Shown piece after piece: positions 48,069 to 56,579 of a stretch of 64,000 bases of DNA (position 1 is its first letter; the number at the start of each line of letters is the position of its first letter). The stretch is from contig DASUXW010000226.1 in NCBI GenBank assembly GCA_036377715.1, forward strand, positions 1,916 to 65,915, written 5' to 3'. This DNA is from Gemmatimonadales bacterium. GTDB taxonomy: Bacteria > Gemmatimonadota > Gemmatimonadetes > Gemmatimonadales > GWC2-71-9. A program made the position numbers and the translations under genes. Below the pieces are notes generated by a model. The model did not search any database, was not told the DNA's origin, and saw nothing but the letters and a program-made list of their open reading frames with translations.

Positions 48069-49412
48069 ATGTCCGATCTCCTCGCCGCGCGCAGCCAGAT
48101 GGCCGTCTCGCTCGGCTTCCACATCGTGTTCGCCGTGCTGGGCATCGGCATGCCGGCGCTGATGGTGGTCGCCGAGCGCCGATACCGGAAGACCGGCGAC
48201 CCGATCTACCTCGATCTGGCCAAGCGCTGGGCCAAGGGCACCGCCATTCTCTTCGCCGTGGGGGCGGTGTCCGGCACCGTCCTCTCGTTCGAGCTCGGCC
48301 TGCTCTGGCCCTCGTTCATGGAGTTCGCCGGGCCCGTGATCGGCATGCCCTTCTCCCTCGAAGGCTTCGCATTCTTCCTCGAGGCGATCTTCATCGGCGT
48401 CTACCTGTACGGCTGGGACCGGATCTCGCCGCGGGCGCACCTGCTGGCCGGCGTGATGGTGGCCGTGAGCGGGGCGGCGTCGGGGATCTTCGTCGTCATC
48501 GCCAACGCCTGGATGAACGCGCCCACGGGGTTCGATATCGTCAACGGGCGGGTGGCGAACGTGGACCCGATCGCCGGGATGCTCAACCCGATGGCGTTCC
48601 AGCAGACCCTCCACATGACCCTCGCGTCCTACGCCGCCACCGGGTTCGCCGTCGGGGGCATTCACGCGATTCTGCTGCTCGTCGACCGGCAGAACGCATT
48701 CCACCGGCGCGCGCTGGCCATCTCCCTGCTGGTGGGCGCGCCGGCGGCCGTGCTCCAGCCGATCTCGGGCGACCTGAGTGCCCGCGCCGTGGCGGAGAAC
48801 CAGCCGGCCAAGCTCGCCGCGGCGGAGTCCCACTTCGTCACCGCTCGCCGGGTACCGCTCGTGATCGGCGGCATCCCCGACGCCGACCGGCAGGAGACCC
48901 GCTACGCCGTGCGCATTCCGGGCGGGCTCTCGTTCCTCGCCTTTCACGACGTGAATGCCGAGGTAAAGGGCCTCATGGAGTTTCCCCGCGCCGACTGGCC
49001 CAACGTGCTGATCGTCCACACCGCGTTCCAGCTCATGGTGGGGCTCGGCACCTTCCTCGCCCTGGTGTCGCTGTGGGTGGGTTTCCTCGCCTGGCGGCGG
49101 CGGGACCTGGCCGATCACACCTGGCTCCTGCGGGTGCTCGCGGTGGCGACGCCGATGGGCTTCATCGCGATCGAGGCGGGGTGGACGGTGACGGAAGTGG
49201 GCCGCCAGCCCTGGGTGGTCTACAACATCCAGCGCACCGCCGACGCGGTAACGCCGATGCCCGGGCTCATCGTCCCGTTCCTGGGCTTCACGCTGCTCTA
49301 CTGCTTCCTGGGGGCCATCGTGGTGTGGCTGCTCTACCGACAGATCATCCGAAGCCCGCGGCCCACCGAGTGGACCCGGGTGTACGCCCCGCCGAGCGTT
49401 CACCATGCCTGA
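48069..49412 (+). CDS. cydA: Cytochrome bd-type quinol oxidase subunit I (short Q-loop, CIO-like)
   Basis: LLAARSQMAVSLGFHIVFAVLGIGMP..., GWTVTEVGRQPWVV. At 447 aa it belongs to the short-loop class. Confidence 0.93.
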   Translation: MSDLLAARSQMAVSLGFHIVFAVLGIGMPALMVVAERRYRKTGDPIYLDLAKRWAKGTAILFAVGAVSGTVLSFELGLLWPSFMEFAGPVIGMPFSLEGFAFFLEAIFIGVYLYGWDRISPRAHLLAGVMVAVSGAASGIFVVIANAWMNAPTGFDIVNGRVANVDPIAGMLNPMAFQQTLHMTLASYAATGFAVGGIHAILLLVDRQNAFHRRALAISLLVGAPAAVLQPISGDLSARAVAENQPAKLAAAESHFVTARRVPLVIGGIPDADRQETRYAVRIPGGLSFLAFHDVNAEVKGLMEFPRADWPNVLIVHTAFQLMVGLGTFLALVSLWVGFLAWRRRDLADHTWLLRVLAVATPMGFIAIEAGWTVTEVGRQPWVVYNIQRTADAVTPMPGLIVPFLGFTLLYCFLGAIVVWLLYRQIIRSPRPTEWTRVYAPPSVHHA

Positions 49413-50457
49413 GCTCGGCCTGCCCGAGGTCGTCGCCGCCATCCTCGCGCTTTCCCTCACGATCTACGTGCTCTTCGGAGGCGCGGACTTCGGCGGCGGG
49501 GTGTGGGACCTGCTGGCCGGCGGCCCCCGGCGCGACCGGCAGCGCGAGGTGATCGGCCATGCCATCGGTCCGATCTGGGAGGCCAATCACGTCTGGCTCA
49601 TCCTGGTGATCGTGCTGACGTTCACCTGCTTTCCGCCCGTGTTCGCGCGGATGGGTACGCTGCTGCACATCCCCCTCACCCTCATGCTGTTCGGGATCGT
49701 CCTCCGCGGGTCGGCGTTCACCTTCCGGACCTACGACGACGAGCACGACGCGGTGCAGCGGCGCTGGGGCCGCGTCTTCGCCGTCGCGAGCCTCCTGACG
49801 CCGGTGCTCCTGGGCGCCTGCATCGGGGCGGTCGCGGCGGACCGCCTGGGTCCGCTCGATGGGCCGGCGACGTTCACCGAACGGTACCTGGCGCCCTGGC
49901 TCACCCCGTTCAGCCTGGCCGTGGGCCTCCTCGCGCTGGCACTGTTCGCGCTGCTGGCCGCCGTCTTTCTCACCCTGGAGACCGACGACCCCGAGCTGGT
50001 CGAGGATTTCCGGCGGCGCGCGCTCTGGTCGGCCGTTGCGGTCTTCGTCGTCGCCTTCGGTGCCCTCCTCCTCGCGCCCGGGCACGCGCCCCTCGTCAGC
50101 GCCGGCCTGCTCGGCTCGCGGTGGGCGCTACCGTTCCACGTGGCCACCGGCGTGGCCGCCGTCGCGGTACTGGCGGCGCTCTGGTGGCGGCGCTACCATC
50201 TGGCGCGGGTGGCCGTCGGCGCGCAAGTCTCCCTGATCCTCTGGGGGTGGGCGGTGTCCCAGTACCCCTACCTGGTTCCGCCCGACCTGACCATCCGCGG
50301 CGCCGCCGCGCCCGATGCGACCCTGCGGGCGGTGCTCGTCGCCCTGGCGCTCGGCGCCGTGGTGCTGCTGCCTTCGCTGTGGTACATGTTCCGCGTCTTC
50401 AAGGCGGGGCCGTCGCACTCGGTGCGACGCCTGCCCCCGGGAGGACTGGTCCGATGA
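49405..50457 (+). CDS. cydB: Cytochrome bd-type quinol oxidase subunit II
   Basis: 8-nt overlap with cydA. LSLTIYVLFGGADFGGGVWDLL...IGPIWEANHVWLI. Confidence 0.9.
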   Translation: MPELGLPEVVAAILALSLTIYVLFGGADFGGGVWDLLAGGPRRDRQREVIGHAIGPIWEANHVWLILVIVLTFTCFPPVFARMGTLLHIPLTLMLFGIVLRGSAFTFRTYDDEHDAVQRRWGRVFAVASLLTPVLLGACIGAVAADRLGPLDGPATFTERYLAPWLTPFSLAVGLLALALFALLAAVFLTLETDDPELVEDFRRRALWSAVAVFVVAFGALLLAPGHAPLVSAGLLGSRWALPFHVATGVAAVAVLAALWWRRYHLARVAVGAQVSLILWGWAVSQYPYLVPPDLTIRGAAAPDATLRAVLVALALGAVVLLPSLWYMFRVFKAGPSHSVRRLPPGGLVR

Positions 50458-51008
50458 GAACGGATATGCGGGTGCGGGCGGGGCGCCTCGACCTGGCGCC
50501 GATCGCGGGCGACGAGGTGGAGGCGCTGGTGGCCGGCGACGGCGCGCGGCTGCGCGAGCTCACCGGCGTCCTCTTCCCCGATGCGGCGGCGCCGCCGCCC
50601 TACATGGCCGACCCGCTCCCCATCGTGCTCGGGCGCCTGCGCGCCCGGCCCGACGAGGCGCCGTGGTGGAACTGGCTCATGGTGGAGCGGGAGACCCGGC
50701 GCGCGGTCGGCTCGGTGGCCTTCGGCGGCCCGCCCGATGACGATGGCGCGGTGCTGATTGGCTACGCCATGTACCCGCAGTTCGAGGGCCACGGCTACGC
50801 CACCGAGGCGGTACGCGCGATGATCGACTGGGCCTTTCAGCAGCCCGGCGTGCGCGTCGTCCGGGCGCTCGCGCCGGTGTGGAACACCCCGGCGCTGCGC
50901 GTGGCAGAGAACGTGGGCATGCGCCCTGTCGGCGCCAACGAGGACGACGACGTGGGCGAGGTGCTCGTCTACGCGCTCAGTGCGCCAGCATCCGCCGGAT
51001 CGGTCTGA
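50454..51008 (+). CDS. GNAT family N-acetyltransferase
   Basis: ATGA overlap with the cydB stop. The acetyl-CoA region is IGYAMYPQFEGHGYATEAVRAMIDWAF...NTPALRVAENVGM. Confidence 0.8.
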   Translation: MRTDMRVRAGRLDLAPIAGDEVEALVAGDGARLRELTGVLFPDAAAPPPYMADPLPIVLGRLRARPDEAPWWNWLMVERETRRAVGSVAFGGPPDDDGAVLIGYAMYPQFEGHGYATEAVRAMIDWAFQQPGVRVVRALAPVWNTPALRVAENVGMRPVGANEDDDVGEVLVYALSAPASAGSV

Positions 51009-52524
51009 TCAGGAGGGCGAGCACCACCGAGGCACCCAGCGCGTACAGCGTCACCGCGCCGAACAGGTCGGGCAGCGAAAAGGCGTTGTAGAACCCCGCC
51101 ACCCGCCCGCCGATGTAGTTCCCCACCGAGGTCGCCAGGAACCACACGCCCATGGTGAGCGCCGCGATGCGCGCCGGCGCGAGCCGGGTCATGGCGCTGA
51201 GGCCGACCGGACTCAGGCACAGCTCGCCGATCGTATGCAGCAGGTAGGTCCCCACCAGCCACAGCGGGCTCACCTGGATGCCGGCCTCGGCCCGCCGGGC
51301 GGCGAAGATCAGGATGCCGAACCCCAGCGCCACGAAGACGAGCCCCAGCGTGAACTTGGTCGGGCTCGACGGGTCGTGGCGCCCGAGCCGGAACCAGATC
51401 CACGCGAAGACCGGTGCCAGGATGATGAGGAAGAGCGAATTGAGCGACTGGAACCAGCTTGGCGGGAAGTGGAAGCCGAACATCACCGTGTGGGTGTTGC
51501 GGTCGGCGAAGAGATTGAGGGTGGACCCCGCCTGTTCGAACACCGACCAGAAGACCGACGCGGCCAGGAACAGCACCAGGACCACGATCAGCCGTTTGCG
51601 CTCCTCGGCGGTCCAGTGGGCCACCGTGAACATCCAGGCGAAGAAGCCCACCGTGATCACCAGGAGCACCACGCCCAGCCCGTTCGCGATCCCCTCCGCG
51701 CTGACCGGCAAAGCGCCCGTCACGCCGCCGATCACCAGCAGGGCCACCACGGCCGCCACGGCCAGAAGTCCCCAGCGGAGCAGTCGCCGCTGGCTCGCCG
51801 CCGCCGCCGGGCTCTCGGGCGGGACCGGGTTCATCCCGACCGTGCCCAGGTACTTCCACCCGCCGAGGAACTGCACGATCCCGAAGAACATTCCCACCGC
51901 CGCCATGCCGAAGCCCCAGTGCCATGAGCTCTCGGGCGAAAGACCGACCGAGGCGAGGATCCGCCGGAACTGCGCGCTCTGCGCCAGCCACCCGCACACC
52001 AGCGGTGCCGTGAAGGCCCCGACGTTGATGCCCATGTAGTACAGGGAGAATCCCGCGTCGCGCCGTTCGTCGTCCTCGTCGTACAGCCCGCCCACCAGCG
52101 TGCTCACGTTCGGCTTGAGCAGCCCGGTGCCCACGACCACCAGCCCCAGGCCCAGGTAGAACGTGGCCATCGTGGGGATGGCCAGACTGATGTGACCGCA
52201 CATGATGATCACGCCGCCGTACAGCGTCGAGCGCCGCTGGCCCAGGAACCGATCGGCGATCCAGCCGCCGGGCAGCGCGGTCAGGTATACCAGCGCGGCA
52301 TATGTGCCGTAGATCGCCGCCGCCTTGGCCGTGTCGAACGCGAGCCCACCCTGGGCGAGCGGAGCGGTCATGAACAGGATGAGGATCGCCCGCATCCCGT
52401 AATAGCTGAAGCGCTCCCACATCTCGGTGAAGAACAGCGTGGACAGGCCGCGCGGATGTCCGAAGAAGCTGGTGTCGCGGGCAGCGGGGGGAGGAGCAGA
52501 TCTCGCCGGAGTGGCTGTGGCCAC
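50977..52524 (-). CDS. Proton-dependent oligopeptide transporter (POT/PTR2, DtpT-like)
   Basis: FFGHPRGLSTLFFTEMWERFSYYGMRAILILFM is the PTR2 signature. About 14 TM segments. The GTG start (VATATPAR) lies 14 nt downstream of the upstream stop. Confidence 0.9.
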   Translation of the reverse strand: MATATPARSAPPPAARDTSFFGHPRGLSTLFFTEMWERFSYYGMRAILILFMTAPLAQGGLAFDTAKAAAIYGTYAALVYLTALPGGWIADRFLGQRRSTLYGGVIIMCGHISLAIPTMATFYLGLGLVVVGTGLLKPNVSTLVGGLYDEDDERRDAGFSLYYMGINVGAFTAPLVCGWLAQSAQFRRILASVGLSPESSWHWGFGMAAVGMFFGIVQFLGGWKYLGTVGMNPVPPESPAAAASQRRLLRWGLLAVAAVVALLVIGGVTGALPVSAEGIANGLGVVLLVITVGFFAWMFTVAHWTAEERKRLIVVLVLFLAASVFWSVFEQAGSTLNLFADRNTHTVMFGFHFPPSWFQSLNSLFLIILAPVFAWIWFRLGRHDPSSPTKFTLGLVFVALGFGILIFAARRAEAGIQVSPLWLVGTYLLHTIGELCLSPVGLSAMTRLAPARIAALTMGVWFLATSVGNYIGGRVAGFYNAFSLPDLFGAVTLYALGASVVLALLIRPIRRMLAH

Positions 52525-52538
52525 GAATGCCTCGGAGT

Positions 52539-53648
52539 TCAGGTCTGTCGCTTCTTGAGGATGTCGTTCAGGACCACCCGGTCGATCTTCCCGTCCATGC
52601 GGACCCGTACGTCGTAGTTTTCCCAGTACATGAAATCCCGGAGCGCCGTCAGGAACTCCGGCGTCGCCGAGCCCTGCGGTCGGGCCAGCCACTTTTTCGG
52701 CTGGTTGGCCGGCTCGCGCAGCAGGATCGGCTCGAGCTGCCGGACGATTTCGGGGGTGATCGGCACCAGGTCCTTCGGGTCGCTCGGGAAGAAGTGCAGC
52801 TTGTGCAGGGCCAGCAGGCGCTCCAGCTCGGCGATCGGGTCCCTGGCGTCATAGACCCTGATGTCGATGAACCGGTCGTTCGCCCCGAGGTAGCCGCCGT
52901 GCTTCCGCACGACCAGGAGCGCGGCGCTCTGCATCCCGCGCTTGTCGCCGCCACCCGCCTGACCGGCCCTGAGCGCGGCCATCAGCCGGTCCGCCAGCGC
53001 GCCGCTGGTCCGCTCGAACGTCTCGGCCAGGTTCTTCACCGTCTGATCCGACACCATGATGTTCGCCTGCGCCGCGAAACCGCGCCCCACGATCACGTCG
53101 CCCTTGCCACCGGGGACGTTCCCCCGACCCGACGGCGCACCGGTCCGTCCACCGGCCCAGTCGAAGGTCGAGCGCCCGGTGAAGCTCGCCGCGTTCCCGT
53201 GCGCGTCCACCATCCCCACCTGCCGATCCTGCAGCATGGTGTCCGTGCGCATCACGATCCGGAGCGCCTCCTCGGCCGTGGCGCCGAGCGCCATCAGCTC
53301 CAGCCCGCGCTCCCCGTAGGCCGTGTTGCCGAGACTCTGCGTGGCCACCGCGCCGACCCCCGCCCGCGCCCACGGCACGATCCCGCCCACGTTGGGAAAT
53401 TTGGACTCGACCACCACGCCGAGGTCCCCCGTGACCGAGTCATAGGCCACGAGGCTGTAGGTGTGGGCGAGCTTGAGGAAGTGCGGGGGGGAAGTCGTCG
53501 GTTGGGGGGATGCGGGGTGAACGGTGAACGGTGAACGGTGAACGGTCGGTCCCGAACAGGCTGCCATGAGCATGAGGAGTGTGGCGCGAGCACCAGCCCG
53601 GCGCAGGGGCCTCTCGGCTGAAAGCACCCGAATCTCGGAATCCCTCAC
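52539..53648 (-). CDS. DUF1028 (Ntn-hydrolase-like) protein with C-terminal peptidoglycan-binding-like domain; secreted or lipoprotein
   Basis: HTYSLVAYDSVTGDLGVVVESKFPNVGGIVPWARAGVGAVATQS... matches DUF1028. The signal is ATLLMLMAAC. The start is uncertain: GTG 53648 lies inside a repeat arm and ATG 53573 is the alternative. Confidence 0.8.
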   Translation of the reverse strand: MRDSEIRVLSAERPLRRAGARATLLMLMAACSGPTVHRSPFTVHPASPQPTTSPPHFLKLAHTYSLVAYDSVTGDLGVVVESKFPNVGGIVPWARAGVGAVATQSLGNTAYGERGLELMALGATAEEALRIVMRTDTMLQDRQVGMVDAHGNAASFTGRSTFDWAGGRTGAPSGRGNVPGGKGDVIVGRGFAAQANIMVSDQTVKNLAETFERTSGALADRLMAALRAGQAGGGDKRGMQSAALLVVRKHGGYLGANDRFIDIRVYDARDPIAELERLLALHKLHFFPSDPKDLVPITPEIVRQLEPILLREPANQPKKWLARPQGSATPEFLTALRDFMYWENYDVRVRMDGKIDRVVLNDILKKRQT

Positions 53649-53688
53649 CGTTCACCGTTCACTGTTCACCGTTCACCGCCTTCACCGC
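53516..53688. repeat. Inverted arrays of the heptamer GGTGAAC (x4) and GTTCACC (x5-6) separated by about 100 nt
   Basis: The left array (53516-53543) lies inside the DUF1028 coding region and encodes FTVHRSP-FTVHP. The right array (about 53646-53688) is intergenic or 5'-UTR and covers the GTG at 53648. Confidence 0.8.
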
Positions 53689-54224
53689 TTCCCCATCTTC
53701 TTCTTCAGATACGCCAACTGCTCCTCGATCACCCGCTCGTGCCGCTGGCGGTCGGTCTCGGCCCGGAGGCGGTCGTCATCGCCGGGGCGGATGGCGCCGG
53801 CCGACTCGAGATCGCGCCATGCGGCGGAAACCGAGTCGGACGGATGTACCGCGGCGGCGCGTCGGGCCTCGTCCACCATCTCGGCCAGCTCCTGCTCGCC
53901 GAGCGCCAGCTCGTCGCGCTGGACGGTGAGCTTCCGCTCCAGCACGCTGATGCGCTCCCGGTGCCGCCCGGCGAACCGCTCCGCCACGCGCACGGTTTCC
54001 GCGTCGGGCACGGCGGCGGCCAGCCGGCCGCGCCGCTCGGCGTCTTCGAGCCGCTTGCGCTCGCCGGCGAGCTCCCGCTCCGTACCGGCCAGCGCGTCGC
54101 GCATCTGGCCGATGCCGACTCTCGCCTCGAGCAGCGCCTCCCTGATCCCCGCGGCGTAGGCGCGGGCGTCGCCGGACGCGCTGCGCAGGAGCTGGTCCAG
54201 TCGCGCCTTCAGGCCTTCGAGCAC
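53682..54224 (-). CDS. Coiled-coil protein, hypothetical
   Basis: Heptad-rich: LEGLKARLDQLLRSASGDARAYAAGIREALLEARVGIGQMRDALAGTERELAGERKRLEDAERR...EEQLAYLKKKMGKR. The start is uncertain: GTG at 54224, while the ORF is open to 54392. Confidence 0.55.
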   Translation of the reverse strand: MLEGLKARLDQLLRSASGDARAYAAGIREALLEARVGIGQMRDALAGTERELAGERKRLEDAERRGRLAAAVPDAETVRVAERFAGRHRERISVLERKLTVQRDELALGEQELAEMVDEARRAAAVHPSDSVSAAWRDLESAGAIRPGDDDRLRAETDRQRHERVIEEQLAYLKKKMGKR

Positions 54225-54448
54225 GGCCGTCTGATCACGGGCATGGATGACACCTCGGGATGGGCCCTGACGCCGGAGGCGCGGGCCGGCCGCCGGACGG
54301 CGGCCGAAGCACTCGGGAAGACGAATGGTAGGACGGCCATCCGGGAGCGTCAAGCGAGCGAGCGTTTGACAATCACACCGCCATCCAGACACTCTGCGTG
54401 GTGCGATGTCGCGCGCGGTCCGCCTGCCGCGGAGGAAACGAAGAAACG

Positions 54449-54925
54449 ATGCCGACCGAGAACTGCAGCATGTGCGCCGAGGTGGCCGGCCGGATTCCGG
54501 CCCCCGGTGGCGTGGTCTTCGAGGACGCCTGGTGGGTGGTGGCCCATCACACCGGGCAGTGGACCGACCCGGGCGAGCTCATCCTCAAGCTCCGACGCCA
54601 CTCTGAGTCCCTGTCCGAGCTCACGCCGGCCGAAGCGGCCGCGTTGGGCCCGTTGCTCCGGACGGCCGTGGGCGCCATCGAGCGAGTCGTGCGCCCGGAG
54701 CGGGTGTACGTGGCCTCGTGGAACGAGCGCGTGCGGCACGTTCACTTCTTCCTCCTGCCCCGCACCCGGAGCCTGCCGGCCGGGCATGTCACCTCCGACC
54801 TGTACCGTCGCGGCCGAACCCTCCTCCGCCGCTGGCGGGTGGCAGCCAACCCGACGGCGACCGCGCGCGCCGAGACGGTGGCCCGCATCCGGGACGATCC
54901 GGCATGGAAAGCGTTGAGCACCTGA
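54449..54925 (+). CDS. HIT-family protein (histidine triad partly degenerate: HVHFF)
   Basis: The ATG has a GGAGGA motif about 14 nt upstream. CSMCAEV...FEDAWWVVAHH...VRHVHFFLLPR. Confidence 0.75.
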   Translation: MPTENCSMCAEVAGRIPAPGGVVFEDAWWVVAHHTGQWTDPGELILKLRRHSESLSELTPAEAAALGPLLRTAVGAIERVVRPERVYVASWNERVRHVHFFLLPRTRSLPAGHVTSDLYRRGRTLLRRWRVAANPTATARAETVARIRDDPAWKALST

Positions 54926-55944
54926 TCGTGGGCGCGGGCCCCGCCGGGCTCCGGGCCGCGCAGGTCCTGGCCGACGCCGGCCGTGAGGTGCTGGTGCTGG
55001 AAAAGCGCGCGGAGATCGGCCCCAAGACCTGCGCCGGCGGCCTGACCGCGAAAGCAGTGCGCGAGCTGGCGCCGCTGGGCCTGCCGGTCGAAGCAACGCT
55101 CGCCAGCGTGGGACACGTCGCGTTCGCGGGCGGCCGCGCCGTCGCGCTGGATGCCGAGGCCACCGTGGTGCACACCATCGCGCGGCGGGACCTCGGGCGG
55201 CTCCAGCTCGCGTGGGCGCGCCGCGCCGGGGCCGACGTATGCGCCGGCACACCGGCGAGCTCCATCGATCTGGAGCGCCGGCTGATCCGCGCCGCCGGGC
55301 GGCCGCTCCGATGGCGCCATCTCATCGGCGCGGATGGCGCCGACTCTGCCGTGCGCAGGGCGCTCGGGCTCCCGTCCCCCCGCGAGTACTTCGCCGCCGA
55401 GTACAATGTCCCCGGCGTGACCGTCCGGCCGCTTCGCGTCGAGTGCGATCCCGGTCTGCTCGCCAACGGGTACTTCTGGGTGTTCCCGCACGCGGACTAT
55501 ACCTCCGTCGGCGCGGTCGCACCCAAGCATCTGGTACCGCCGGCCGCGCTGCGCCGGTACCTGGATGCGCGCGTGGACCGCCTCGGGCTGCTGCGCGCCG
55601 GCGTACCGTTCGAGGGCGCCACGCTGGAGGTCGCCTATCAGGGCTGCCACTTCCCCGGGGACGTGCACCTCGCGGGCGACGCCGCGGGCGTGCCGTCGTC
55701 GCTGACCGCCGAAGGCATCTATGCCGCGCTCGTCACCGGCGAGGAGGTGGCACGCGCGATTCTGGAGCCGGATGCACCGGCCCCGAAGACGGCGCGGTGG
55801 CTCCGCACCAAACGACGGCACGACCGCCTGGCCGAGTGGCTGTCGCGGCCCCGCGCCCGCGCCTGGACGCTGGGGGCCCTCGCGCGGGCCGCCATGGTTC
55901 CCGCGCTCCGGCGCCCGCTGGCGACCTGGTTTCTTCAGGGGTGA
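54904..55944 (+). CDS. FAD-dependent oxidoreductase, geranylgeranyl-reductase family
   Basis: HLIVGAGPAGLRAAQVLADAGREVLVLEKR...KTCAGGLT...GDAAG. It overlaps the HIT gene by 22 nt. Confidence 0.82.
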   Translation: MESVEHLIVGAGPAGLRAAQVLADAGREVLVLEKRAEIGPKTCAGGLTAKAVRELAPLGLPVEATLASVGHVAFAGGRAVALDAEATVVHTIARRDLGRLQLAWARRAGADVCAGTPASSIDLERRLIRAAGRPLRWRHLIGADGADSAVRRALGLPSPREYFAAEYNVPGVTVRPLRVECDPGLLANGYFWVFPHADYTSVGAVAPKHLVPPAALRRYLDARVDRLGLLRAGVPFEGATLEVAYQGCHFPGDVHLAGDAAGVPSSLTAEGIYAALVTGEEVARAILEPDAPAPKTARWLRTKRRHDRLAEWLSRPRARAWTLGALARAAMVPALRRPLATWFLQG

Positions 55945-56579
55945 CCGGCCTCCGCGACCGGTTCGTGTCGGCCGCCCGGCGGCTCGGCGCGACGGACGAC
56001 CCTGCCCCGCTCGCCGACGCGCTGCTGGCCGCCTGGTCCGAGCCGTCCCGCCGCTATCACGACGTTGCCCACCTGGAGGACTGCCTCGCGCAGCTCGACG
56101 ACTCGGCCGCGGAAGCCACCGAGCGCAGCCTGGTCGAGGCGGCCATCTGGTTCCACGACGCGGTCTACGAACCTCTCGCCTCGGACAACGAGGAACGCAG
56201 CGCCGCGTGGGCGAGGCGCGCGCTGGGCGGTCTTGGGGTGCCCGCGGCGACCGTGGGCGAGGTTGCCCGGCTGGTGCTCCTCACCCGCCACGCCGAGTCG
56301 CCGCCTGACACCGACCGGCGGGGAGCACTGCTCTGCGACATCGACCTGTCCATCCTCGGGCGGGGACGCGAGGCGTTCGAGCGCTATGACCGGAACATCC
56401 GCGCCGAGTACGCCGCGGTGCCCGAAGCGGCGTACCGGGCGGCCCGCCGCCGCGTCCTGGCCGCGCTCCTCGCGCGAAGCCCCCTGTACCTGACGGAACG
56501 GTTCCGAGCCCGGTACGAGGCAGCGGCCCGCGCCAACCTGAGCCGACTGCTGGCCCGTCTCGACTCGGTTGACGGGTGA
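55941..56579 (+). CDS. HD-domain-like metal-dependent phosphohydrolase (COG4339-type)
   Basis: GTGA overlap. RRYHDVAHLEDCL...AIWFHDAVYEP...NEERSA...DIDLSILG...YDRNIRAEY. Confidence 0.75.
   Translation: MTGLRDRFVSAARRLGATDDPAPLADALLAAWSEPSRRYHDVAHLEDCLAQLDDSAAEATERSLVEAAIWFHDAVYEPLASDNEERSAAWARRALGGLGVPAATVGEVARLVLLTRHAESPPDTDRRGALLCDIDLSILGRGREAFERYDRNIRAEYAAVPEAAYRAARRRVLAALLARSPLYLTERFRARYEAAARANLSRLLARLDSVDG

Noticed and set aside
53516-53688. Tandem heptamer/octamer arrays here and at 2902, 11031 and 18263, considered as possible CRISPR arrays or minisatellites.
   Set aside because: The units are 7-8 nt with no spacers. The arrays occur as inverted pairs, and no cas genes are present. 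I reported them as structured repeats instead.
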